A DNA stretch of 64,000 nt from an uncultured Chloroflexia bacterium. GTDB lineage: Bacteria > Chloroflexota > Limnocylindria > Limnocylindrales > CSP1-4. This document shows, piece by piece, positions 25,171 through 33,422 of the stretch. Below the pieces are notes generated by a model. That model was given only the letters and a program-made list of their open reading frames with translations, had not been told where the DNA came from and made no database searches. Each line of letters opens with the position of its first letter. Position 1 is the first letter of the stretch. The stretch covers positions 192,001 to 256,000 of the forward strand of contig CAVVJT010000002.1 in NCBI GenBank assembly GCA_963748625.1, given 5' to 3'. A program made the position numbers and the translations under genes.

Positions 25171-25251
25171 GCCACGGCGACACGGCGACACGGCGACCGG
25201 AGGACGAGGCGACCGGGCCACGGGGCGACCGCGTGACCGGGCGACGGCGAG
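25171..25251 (+). repeat. Degenerate 8-bp tandem repeat (CACGGCGA-like)
   Basis: cacggcga x3 followed by degenerate units. Confidence 0.6.
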
Positions 25252-25340
25252 GGCCGCGCGGTACGATCAGCGCCCATCTCGGGGCCGGCGCAGGACGGCC
25301 CGCTCCCCATCCTGGCCGTCCCCCACCAGAGGCTGATCGC

Positions 25341-27218
25341 GTGCTTCACCCCTCGCCCCGCCTTCGCCGAGGCGTTGCGCTCGTCTTCGCCGCCGCGCTC
25401 GCCTCGGGCTGTGGTGCCGGCAGCAGCCTGCCATCGACAGCCTCGACCCCGAGCGGCGCCGGCTCCACGGCGGCCACGACCCGACCCGCCCCAACCCCCG
25501 AGATCCTGCCCGAGGGTGTGCCGGTGCCCGCCATCACGGGCGCCAGCGGCGGCGAGCCCGGCACGGGGCTGGTGACCGTGGTCGACGGCGGCACGGTCAC
25601 CGCGACTGCCGACGACGGGACGACCTACACCCTCGAGATCCTGCCCGGCGCCGTGGCGGAGGACGTCACCGTCGAGGTGCGCCCGCTCGTCGGCTCCACC
25701 GAGTACGGCCCGATCATTGCCGGGGCCGACTTCGCGCCCGCAGGCCTCGAGCTCGCGCTGGCCGGGACGCTCACCGTCGAGCTGCCCGTGGGATCGGCTC
25801 CAGCCGGCCTCGTCGCGCTCTCGTATTCGGGTGACGTCGCGTCCACCACGGGCCGCCTCCTGCCCGGCCCCGGCAAGGATGCGGCGAGCGGCACCCTCAC
25901 GTTCAGCGTGCCGCACTTCTCCGGGTCGATGGCCACCGACCTTGGCACGGGCCAGGCCGGCGTCGAGACGTCGTGGCTCAGCGCCGGGACCGGCGGCACG
26001 CCCGCAGCTCGCCAGGCCACCGCCCGGACCCGATACGCCGCCGCGGGCGTTGCCCAGCGCCGGGGCCTGATCACGCCAGCGGAGGCGGACGACATCAGGC
26101 GCCGCGCCGTCGAGGAGTGGTGGCACGCCGAAAACGACTGGCTGAAGGGGGACGCGGCGATGCAGCGGCTCACGGGCGACGGCGACGCCGGGGATCTGGG
26201 CGCCCTCGCCACAGCCGTCAGCCGCGTGTACGGGTTCGGGACCAGCCAGCAGGCCGAGGAACCCGCCGCCGACCCGGGGGCCTCCGAAGCGGCCGCAACG
26301 GTGATCCAGGAGTATGGGGACCGGCTCGGGCGGGTCGCCGCCAACATCGCGGGCAAGGGCGTCGGCAATGCGGTGGGCTCGGGCCGCATGGAGGACATGC
26401 AGGCCGTCCACGGGCAGCTCGTCACGGCGCAGGTGATCGCGCGGCAGCTGGGGTTCTTCGGCGCGGAGTCACGTGGCGTGGGCGACGAGCTCGTCGGCTT
26501 GACGTTGCTGATGGCCGACAAGCTGAAGAGCGCGTGCTCGGGCGCGCCGGTCACCGCAGCGGCGGTCGCAGATCTCCAGCAGGGACTGGTGCTGGCGGAC
26601 GACCCGGCGGCGGCGAGGGAGCTCGCGGCGCCGTTCCCCGGCTGCGACGACAGCACGCCGGGGCCGTCGTACGACGGCGAGATCACGGCGGACGGCACCA
26701 TCCGGTATGGAACCACCTACCAGACCGCCGTTGGGACGCACAACTACTCAGTGACACTCCAGGTCAAGATCCGCCCGGGCCAGGAAGCCCTCATCTTCGC
26801 CAAGGGGAGCCGGTTCTCCGCTTCCTGGACGTTCACGCCTGGTGACGTGATGGGCGAGGGTGGCGAGCAGGCCGTGAGCGACTGCCCGACCAGCCAGTCG
26901 TGGGAGGGGACGCTCGGCACGCTCAACCCCTTGGGAGGGTGGGACCCCGGCAGCGACCCCTCCCCCCAGGGGAGCGGGTTCGCCATGAAGGGTGGCGGCG
27001 ATGACCTGATCCTCCCCCTGCTCGTGTCGTACGAGGGCGATTGGCCGGACGGCTGCACGGCGCCCAGCGTGGCGATCGACTGCCCCGATGGCGATGCGCT
27101 CACGGGCACGCTGACCGGGGATCGGCCGCCGACGTGGTCGTTCGGGTGCTCCTCGAGCACGAAGGACGGCAACATCAGCGCCAGCGGCACGCTGGTCCAG
27201 GTGATCCCGGGCCAGTAG
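25341..27218 (+). CDS. Hypothetical secreted lipoprotein
   Basis: Signal peptide with lipobox ASGC; Ser/Thr/Pro linker; VPHFS motif; Cys-containing C-terminal domain. Confidence 0.7.
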   Translation: MLHPSPRLRRGVALVFAAALASGCGAGSSLPSTASTPSGAGSTAATTRPAPTPEILPEGVPVPAITGASGGEPGTGLVTVVDGGTVTATADDGTTYTLEILPGAVAEDVTVEVRPLVGSTEYGPIIAGADFAPAGLELALAGTLTVELPVGSAPAGLVALSYSGDVASTTGRLLPGPGKDAASGTLTFSVPHFSGSMATDLGTGQAGVETSWLSAGTGGTPAARQATARTRYAAAGVAQRRGLITPAEADDIRRRAVEEWWHAENDWLKGDAAMQRLTGDGDAGDLGALATAVSRVYGFGTSQQAEEPAADPGASEAAATVIQEYGDRLGRVAANIAGKGVGNAVGSGRMEDMQAVHGQLVTAQVIARQLGFFGAESRGVGDELVGLTLLMADKLKSACSGAPVTAAAVADLQQGLVLADDPAAARELAAPFPGCDDSTPGPSYDGEITADGTIRYGTTYQTAVGTHNYSVTLQVKIRPGQEALIFAKGSRFSASWTFTPGDVMGEGGEQAVSDCPTSQSWEGTLGTLNPLGGWDPGSDPSPQGSGFAMKGGGDDLILPLLVSYEGDWPDGCTAPSVAIDCPDGDALTGTLTGDRPPTWSFGCSSSTKDGNISASGTLVQVIPGQ

Positions 27219-27235
27219 CCGATCGTGGGCGGAGG

Positions 27236-27845
27236 TCAGCCGGCGACACCGGGCCCTGGGGCGCGATGGAAGCGGATGCCATCGCGCAGGTCCTCGCACC
27301 GGGTGGTCGAGGGCTCCCGGAGCGTGCGCAGAATGGCGAACCCGTCGCCCACACAGCCACCGAGGTGGATGGCCAGCGGCACGACCAGGTAGCCGGCCCA
27401 CGGCCCGAAGCACAGGGCGAACCCGATCGCCGAGATCACGACAGCCGGGGCGGCGGCGACCATCAGGTACCCCGGTCGCGTGAACCGGTGGCCGTCGGCC
27501 GTCGTGTAGAGCGCCGGGACCACGCGGCCGACGAGCATTGCGCCGAACCGCGGCCGCGCGCCGAGACCACGCATCACCAAGCCATGGATCCCTTCGTGGA
27601 CGACCATCAGCAGCACCGTGGTGCCCAGCACCAGGAGGACGTCGGCCAGGTCGAACTGGATCTCTCCGGAGGCCGACCCGGACTGGAGGATCGCCGGCTG
27701 GGCGAAGAGCACGAGGCCGACGACCGTGACCACGACGGCTGTGATGTTCCAGGTGATCGCCGACGAGGTGCCCGGCCGCCACTCCACGACGTCGGGTTCC
27801 GGCTCGCGTCCGCGGTGCCTGGACGGTGTCGAGTTCCTGTGTCAT
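27236..27845 (-). CDS. DUF3267-like membrane zincin peptidase (apparent frameshift near 27800)
   Basis: TM helices; VVHEGIHG (HExxH); AAPAVVIS; GCVGD; EDLRDG. Confidence 0.7.
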
Positions 27846-27851
27846 GGGCGC

Positions 27852-27893
27852 ATGGTGGATCCGGTGATCCGCCATGTCATGACCACTGGTCAT
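27852..27893 (-). promoter_or_regulatory. Shared promoter motif copy 1: ATGAC-N5-GTCATGACA-N17-CACCAT
   Basis: Minus strand; CACCAT lies 6 nt before ATG 27845. Confidence 0.75.
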
Positions 27894-27994
27894 CCAGCCT
27901 GGCGATCGCGACTGGACGCAGGGAGGACAATAGGCGCATCCACCCCGACGTGTTCCCCGGCGGCCGCGTCACCACCGACCCCGGAGGCATCCCG

Positions 27995-28204
27995 ATGACC
28001 GACACCACACAGGCTCCCGCCCCGGCCCAGCCGGCCCTGACCAGCGAGGAGCGCCTGCGAGCGATCGCCGGCGATCACAAGCGCAAGGCCAAGCGCGCGC
28101 CATCGCCCGCCCCCGTGGTCGACGGGTCCCGCCAGCCCGGTGATCTGATCGACCCGGTTCGGGATCGCTCCGGCCGCGACCTCGGGCGCGACCAGCCGCT
28201 CTGA
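27995..28204 (+). CDS. Small hypothetical protein (69 aa)
   Basis: GGAGG SD at 27983-27987; MTDTTQAPAP... Confidence 0.55.
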   Translation: MTDTTQAPAPAQPALTSEERLRAIAGDHKRKAKRAPSPAPVVDGSRQPGDLIDPVRDRSGRDLGRDQPL

Positions 28205-28261
28205 CGCCGGCGCCGGCCCGCCGGCGGGCAGCCCTGGCCGGCTGGAACGACGCGGGCGGCG

Positions 28262-28303
28262 ATGACGGCCCGTCATGACACGCGCTCGCCTGGTCGCCAT
28301 AGT
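28262..28303 (+). promoter_or_regulatory. Shared promoter motif copy 2: ATGAC-N5-GTCATGACA-N17-CATAGT
   Basis: Directly visible upstream of the 28367 gene. Confidence 0.75.
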
Positions 28304-28366
28304 CCGGGTTGCATCTCTCGCAGGCCATGCGAGCCCGAGGACAGCATCAACACGAGGAGCGGCGAC

Positions 28367-28597
28367 ATGACCACCGATGGCGAACCCCGCGGCGACTTCG
28401 CGGAGGGTCAGGCCGACATCGAGGAGCCGGCCGGCGCCCTCGAGGGCGACTTCGCGGCAGGCGAGGAGGAGACGCCGCGGACTGGCACCGTCCAGCCGAG
28501 CGGCGGCTTCGCTTCCGGCGAGGCAGCGGATCCGACGGATCCGACGGCGCTCCACGGTGACTTCGCGCGCGGCCAGGAAGAGGAGCCCCGCAAGTAG
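28367..28597 (+). CDS. Small acidic protein with four G(D/G)FAxG(Q/E) repeats
   Basis: GAGGAG SD; RGDFAEGQ, EGDFAAGE, SGGFASGE, HGDFARGQ. Confidence 0.7.
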   Translation: MTTDGEPRGDFAEGQADIEEPAGALEGDFAAGEEETPRTGTVQPSGGFASGEAADPTDPTALHGDFARGQEEEPRK

Positions 28598-28687
28598 TCT
28601 GGGTCGCCTGGGGCCGACATCCGCGTGGCCCGCAGCTCACGGAGGCCCGGCTGTCAGCGACCGGTCCTCCGCTTCTGCATCCCCCGA

Positions 28688-29476
28688 TCAGGCCTGCGGC
28701 CGGTGGCCCACGTCCCCCTCGCCCGCCCATCCCGTGTTCGAGAAGGTGGGGATGAACCGGTAGCCACGACCTGACACGGTCGCGATGAAGCGCGGATGCC
28801 GGTAGTCGTTCTGGAGCTTGACCCGCAGGCTGCGGATGTGCCGGTCCACGATGTTGCTCTCCGACACGAAGTCCGTGCCCCAGATCGCGTCGAGGATCTC
28901 GTCGCGCGTCACGACCTGGCCGCCACGGCTGGCGAGCAGGTAGAGCAGGCTCTGCTCGATCCCGGAGAGGTGGATCACCGACGTCCCGGTGCGCACCTCG
29001 CGGCTCAGGATGTCGATCTCCATCTCGCCGATCGTGATCGTGGGGATGAACGGCTGCTCGATCCCCGTTGCGCGGCGGGTGAGGACGATGGCCCGCGCGA
29101 GCAGCTCCTCGGGGGCGAACGGCATCGTGAGGATGTCGTCGACGCCCAGGTCGAACGCCCGCAACTTCGTCCTGAGGTCGCCCCGGCGGGTCAGCCCCAG
29201 GGCCGGCGTCACCTGCTTGGTCAACTGGCCTGTCGACCCGAGGTGCCCGAGCAGCGCCGTGCTGTCGTCGTGGTCCATGTCGATGACGGCCAGGTGCGGC
29301 TGCCAGCTGGCAAGGATCGCCTGTGCCCCGGCGAGGGTGTCCGCGGCCCGCACCGCGAAGACCCCGTGGTTGAGCGTCAGCTCGATCAGGTCCACCACGA
29401 GCGGGCGGTCGTGCAGCACGAGCGCACGGCGCGCGTCGCCTGTGAGCGGCTCCGTGGGCTCGACTGTCATACGCAT
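28688..29476 (-). CDS. Orphan OmpR/PhoB-family response regulator with atypical receiver
   Basis: Winged helix VTRDEILDAIWG..SNIVDRHIRSLRVKL..IATVSGRGYRF; receiver has LHD, VIDM and LTMPF (conserved Lys replaced by Met). Confidence 0.88.
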   Translation of the reverse strand: MRMTVEPTEPLTGDARRALVLHDRPLVVDLIELTLNHGVFAVRAADTLAGAQAILASWQPHLAVIDMDHDDSTALLGHLGSTGQLTKQVTPALGLTRRGDLRTKLRAFDLGVDDILTMPFAPEELLARAIVLTRRATGIEQPFIPTITIGEMEIDILSREVRTGTSVIHLSGIEQSLLYLLASRGGQVVTRDEILDAIWGTDFVSESNIVDRHIRSLRVKLQNDYRHPRFIATVSGRGYRFIPTFSNTGWAGEGDVGHRPQA

Positions 29477-29696
29477 CTGTGAACTGCACCCTGGCGGTGG
29501 TCCCACGCGGGCCCGGTCTCGGGCGACCACGCTGATTCTACCGCGCGGGTGGTCACTTCCGCGTCGGACGGCTGCCTGAACGATCGGCGAGGCCCGACCC
29601 GATCAAGGAGTCGAGGACATGTCCTCAGCCTCCTCGTCACGGGACGGCCCCCGCGGGGCAGTCCTGGCCGGCCGGCCGCGAAGGTTGCGTGCCGTG

Positions 29697-29738
29697 ATGA
29701 CGCCTCGTCATGACACGCTCCCGCCTGGCCGCCAGATT
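29697..29738 (+). promoter_or_regulatory. Shared promoter motif copy 3: ATGAC-N5-GTCATGACA-N17-CAGATT
   Basis: Directly visible; downstream spacer also resembles copy 2 (cgcctggYcgcca...ggttgcat). Confidence 0.75.
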
Positions 29739-29893
29739 CCGGTTGCATACATCAGGGGGCTCGGCGTCTCGGGACGCGGGCCCTTCCTCCCTCCAGACCT
29801 GCTCCTGGCGTGTCTCCCTCCCTCTGCGCCAGGAGCAGGTCGCTCCGTTTCCGGCGCATCGACCACCATGGGCGAGGCGCGGAGGTGTCGGAC

Positions 29894-30985
29894 ATGGCGA
29901 ACGACGACAGAGACCAGCCTACGCACAAGCCGGCGCCACCCGCCGGATCCAGTGCCGTGGTCAGGAACGCAATGTCAGACGCTCGGAAGGCCTCGAGCGC
30001 CGATCAGATCATTGCCGATGCCGATCAGTCGGCGTCCGACGCGGACCAGGTGTCCTCCGAGTCCGATCGGACGTCATCGGATCGGGACCAGACCGGCGCG
30101 GACCGGGATCAGCTGGCCTCGGACCGGGACCAGGCGACGGCGGACGCGGATCGAGCGAAGCGTCTCGACCTGTCCCCCGCTGAAGTGGACGCCTACGAGA
30201 CATCTCGGGAGCATCGGATGGATGCGTCGTTCGAGCGTCTCGGCAATCGGATTCGCCGACAGATGACCGCGCGCGACCGGGATGAGGCGGCGACGGACCG
30301 GGATCGGATGGCAGAGATCCGTGACGAGGGAGGCCGGGGGAGGGACGCCCACGCGACCGACCTCGGACTTCCGTCCAACGAACGTGAGGCGGACCTGCTG
30401 CACGAGCTCGAGAAGCTGCGTGCCGAGGCTGCGGCAGACCGCTCGCGAGCGGCGGAGGATCGCACGCAGGCCGCCACCGACCGGGCCAAGGCCGCCCGTG
30501 ATCGGGCCCGGCTCGAGGGGGAGCTGCAGGCCTCCCACCTCGACGAGCTCACCGGCGCCTACCGGCGCGACATGGGTCGCCTGGCAATCACCCACGAGAT
30601 CGACCGCGTGCGACGATCGGGCGGACCGCTCGTGGTGGCCTTCGTCGATGTCGACGAGCTCAAGACGGTGAACGATCGGGAGGGCCATGTCGCGGGGGAT
30701 CGCGTGCTGCAATCCGTGGTGCGAGCGATGCGGTCACGGCTGCGCTCGTTCGACCCGATCATCCGCTACGGGGGCGACCAGTTCGTGTGCGGACTGGCCG
30801 GCACGGACCTTGCCGAGGCGAGACGCCGGTTCGACCTGATCGGCATTGCGATCGAAGCGAATTCCGGGGTCGGGATCAGCGTCGGGCTCGCGGAGCTCGA
30901 GCCGGAGGACACCGCAGACGGGCTGACCGGACGCGCCGATGCGGCCATGCTCGATGTCAAGGCAGCGCACCACACCCGGCTCTAG
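29894..30985 (+). CDS. GGDEF-domain protein with degenerate GGDQF site and N-terminal heptad (xDRDQxA) repeats
   Basis: GGAGG SD; DELTG, FVDVDELKTVNDREGHVAGD, RSFD-PIIRY-GGDQF, SVGLA, RADAAM. Confidence 0.88.
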   Translation: MANDDRDQPTHKPAPPAGSSAVVRNAMSDARKASSADQIIADADQSASDADQVSSESDRTSSDRDQTGADRDQLASDRDQATADADRAKRLDLSPAEVDAYETSREHRMDASFERLGNRIRRQMTARDRDEAATDRDRMAEIRDEGGRGRDAHATDLGLPSNEREADLLHELEKLRAEAAADRSRAAEDRTQAATDRAKAARDRARLEGELQASHLDELTGAYRRDMGRLAITHEIDRVRRSGGPLVVAFVDVDELKTVNDREGHVAGDRVLQSVVRAMRSRLRSFDPIIRYGGDQFVCGLAGTDLAEARRRFDLIGIAIEANSGVGISVGLAELEPEDTADGLTGRADAAMLDVKAAHHTRL

Positions 30986-31019
30986 GCGTCCCACCACCAC
31001 GCCCGGCGTCACCGGCCGC

Positions 31020-31039
31020 ATGACACGCCGTCATGACAC
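31020..31039 (+). promoter_or_regulatory. Shared promoter motif copy 4: ATGAC-N5-GTCATGACAC
   Basis: Upstream of the YGGT-GlsB-CsbD gene run; -10 element less clear. Confidence 0.7.
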
Positions 31040-31145
31040 CGGGCCGCGGGGGGCGCCTACTACGGGTACAGCATTGGCCGGAGTCTCACCCGGCGGTGGT
31101 CGCCAGGCCCCGCTTCCCCGGATGCCTCGTGCACGGGAGAACACC

Positions 31146-31565
31146 TTGGCCATCGACCAGGTCGACCGGACGGTCGTCACCACCCAGGAGTCCACGCCCA
31201 CGGGCCCGGCGACCGTGCAGACGGACAGCCAACGGACCAGCAGGTCGGGTCCCGGCGGCGCCGAGATGGCCCGCCGCATCGTCGTCCTCGTCTTCGGGCT
31301 CATCCAGATCGTCATCGGGGCGCGCATCGTCCTGCTCCTGCTCGACGCGCGGGAGGCCAACGCCCTCGTGTCCGGGATCCTCAACGTCAGCCAGGTGTTC
31401 GTGGCGCCGTTCGAGGGGATCCTGCGAACGGACTCCCTCAACGCGGCGGGCTCCGTCCTCGACATCACCGCCATCGTGGCCCTCGTCGGCTGGACGATCC
31501 TCGAGCTGATCGTGCTCTGGGTCATTGGGATCTTCTCCCGCCGGTCGGCCGTAGCAACCGCCTGA
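31146..31565 (+). CDS. YGGT-like membrane protein
   Basis: GGGAGA SD before TTG; RIVLLLLDA..NALVSGI..VSQVFVAPFEGI. Confidence 0.7.
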   Translation: MAIDQVDRTVVTTQESTPTGPATVQTDSQRTSRSGPGGAEMARRIVVLVFGLIQIVIGARIVLLLLDAREANALVSGILNVSQVFVAPFEGILRTDSLNAAGSVLDITAIVALVGWTILELIVLWVIGIFSRRSAVATA

Positions 31566-31655
31566 CCGCGTCGCGGTGCCCGCTGCGGACGGGTGATCAT
31601 CCGCCCCTCCACGCGGCCCGTCACGGACGGGCGCGCCACGAAAGGACCACCCCGC

Positions 31656-31922
31656 ATGGGAATCATCGCCTGGATCGTGCTCGGCGCAATCGCCGGGTTC
31701 ATCGCCAACCTCATCATGGGCTCGCGTGACGGCCTGCTCATGATGATCGTCCTGGGCATCGTCGGCGCCGTCGTCGGCGGCTTCATCGCCGGCAACCTGC
31801 TCGGCATCGCCGATGTCACCGGCTTCAACCTCACCAGCCTCCTGGTCGCGGTGTTCGGCGCCGTCGTCGTCATCGCCGTCGCCCGGCTCGTCATGGGCCG
31901 CGGCACGACGCGGACCGTCTGA
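31656..31922 (+). CDS. GlsB/YeaQ/YmgE family stress-response membrane protein
   Basis: MGIIAWIVLGAIAGFIA..IVLGIVGAVVGGFI..SLLVAVFGAVV. Confidence 0.9.
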   Translation: MGIIAWIVLGAIAGFIANLIMGSRDGLLMMIVLGIVGAVVGGFIAGNLLGIADVTGFNLTSLLVAVFGAVVVIAVARLVMGRGTTRTV

Positions 31923-31985
31923 TCAACCGCCGCTCAGTACGTCTTCACATCCACTCCACACGCACCTAGCACGAAGGAGTCAGGC

Positions 31986-32189
31986 ATGACTGACGAGCAT
32001 GTCAAGGGAACCGTCACCGGCATCCAGGGCAAGATCGAGGAGACCGCCGGCAAGATCACCGGGAACAAGGAGCAGGAGCTCCACGGCAAGGCCAAGCAGG
32101 TCCAGGGCGAGGCCCAGAAGGGTCTCGGCGACGTCCAGGACGCCGTGGACAACGCCCTTCATCCGCACGGGGATGATGAGACCAAATGA
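31986..32189 (+). CDS. csbD: CsbD-family general stress protein
   Basis: KG...GKIEETAGKITGNKEQELHGKAKQVQGEAQKGLGDVQDAV; AAGGAG SD. Confidence 0.9.
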   Translation: MTDEHVKGTVTGIQGKIEETAGKITGNKEQELHGKAKQVQGEAQKGLGDVQDAVDNALHPHGDDETK

Positions 32190-32614
32190 CCATCACTGAG
32201 GCTCGCGCCAAGACCGACGAGACCATCGACGCCGCACTGGAGGTGGCCGACGGGGTCGTGGATGAGACGCGCTCACGGGCCGACCAGGTCCGAGGTGCGA
32301 TCGAGGGTGCCGTCGATCATGTCCCCGACGTGATCGAGAGCGCCAGGTCCAGCGCTGAGCGCGTCGTCGGGAGTCTGCCGGACGCGGCCGAGCGAGCCAG
32401 GCTCGGCGTCGAGAAGACCACGACGAGGCTGCAGATCCTGCCCGACCCCACGCTGCGGCTGGTTGCGGCAGCATCGGTTGGCCTGGCGGCCGGACTCCAG
32501 CTCGCTGGCGCTCCCCGCCTCGTGTCCGTGCTGGCCCTCGTGCCTGCACTCCTCGCCGGCGGAGCCCTTGCCACGCGGCCAGGAGCGATCCCGGCGATGC
32601 CAGCGGCACGGTGA
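32186..32614 (+). CDS. Hypothetical helical protein with C-terminal membrane anchor
   Basis: ATGA overlap with csbD; amphipathic N-terminus and hydrophobic C-terminus. Confidence 0.65.
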   Translation: MTITEARAKTDETIDAALEVADGVVDETRSRADQVRGAIEGAVDHVPDVIESARSSAERVVGSLPDAAERARLGVEKTTTRLQILPDPTLRLVAAASVGLAAGLQLAGAPRLVSVLALVPALLAGGALATRPGAIPAMPAAR

Positions 32615-32665
32615 GATCGGCGCCCGTCCCAGCGCCGCCCGGGGACCACAACCCGTAGACCAGAA

Positions 32666-32708
32666 GCCCGGAGACCCGCGGATGCCCAGGGCCCGCGGGT
32701 CTCCGGGC
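32666..32708. terminator. 16-bp-stem hairpin, probable terminator
   Basis: GCCCGGAGACCCGCGG...CCGCGGGTCTCCGGGC between convergent genes. Confidence 0.7.
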
Positions 32709-32751
32709 GTCCGCGGCCGCCCTGTGCCTGCTGCCCGCCGCCCCGGTCCGG

Positions 32752-32901
32752 CTAGACGAGGACCACCTCGAGGCCGGGGACGCGCACGTAGTCGGCATCC
32801 TGGGTGATCACGGGCACCCCGAGCGCGAGCGCGGTCGCCGCGATCCAAGTGTCGTTCACGCCCATGCGCAAGCCCAGATCGCGGAGCACGACCCGCAGGC
32901 G
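32752..32901 (-). pseudogene. 3' remnant of a PIN/VapC toxin gene
   Basis: RLRVVLRDLGLRMGVNDTWIAATALALGVPVITQDADYVRVPGLEVVLV*; the N-terminal xLDT region is missing. Confidence 0.75.
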
Positions 32902-32989
32902 GGAGTCTAGTGTCCCGATTCGCCCGTCGCTGGCGGCGTGCGGACCGCCGCTCCGGGTCCTGGCGCCGTCCGGGTCCTGGCGCTGTCCG

Positions 32990-33151
32990 GCTGCGCGCCG
33001 GACGGCCACACGGTGCGGCCGGAGCGCTCGATGCGCGGCTGGTGCGCAGGTCGTGCCCTCGGGACCCTGGCGGAGCGCACGGGCGGAGCCCGGGGCGCAC
33101 ATCCCGCGACGTCACCGCTCCGTGTGCGCTCCGTGTGCGCGCCGGGTGCGC
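32990..33151 (-). repeat. Dispersed ~150-bp non-coding repeat, copy B
   Basis: Homologous to 17111-17261; carries a short internal duplication (GAGCGCACACG) and an adjacent 17-bp tandem duplication near 32953-32990. Confidence 0.85.
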
Positions 33152-33422
33152 ACGGCAGCAGCCGTCGTGGGCGACGCCCGGTGATGCCGCTTCCGATCAG
33201 CGGCACGGGCACGCAGGGGTATCCGCCAGGCATTGGCGGCACGAGACACCGGGCCGCGGCGACATCGTCGTCTACCGACACGGGTGGTCAGCCGATCCGC
33301 GACGCGTAACGGCTAGGACCGGCCCGCGTCAGTCTTCCGAGTGAGTGCAGGTGTGGCCTGTCGAGCTTCGTCTGCCGGCAGCATCGCCGGACCGCAGGAG
33401 CCCAGGAGCCAGGGAGGGTGCC

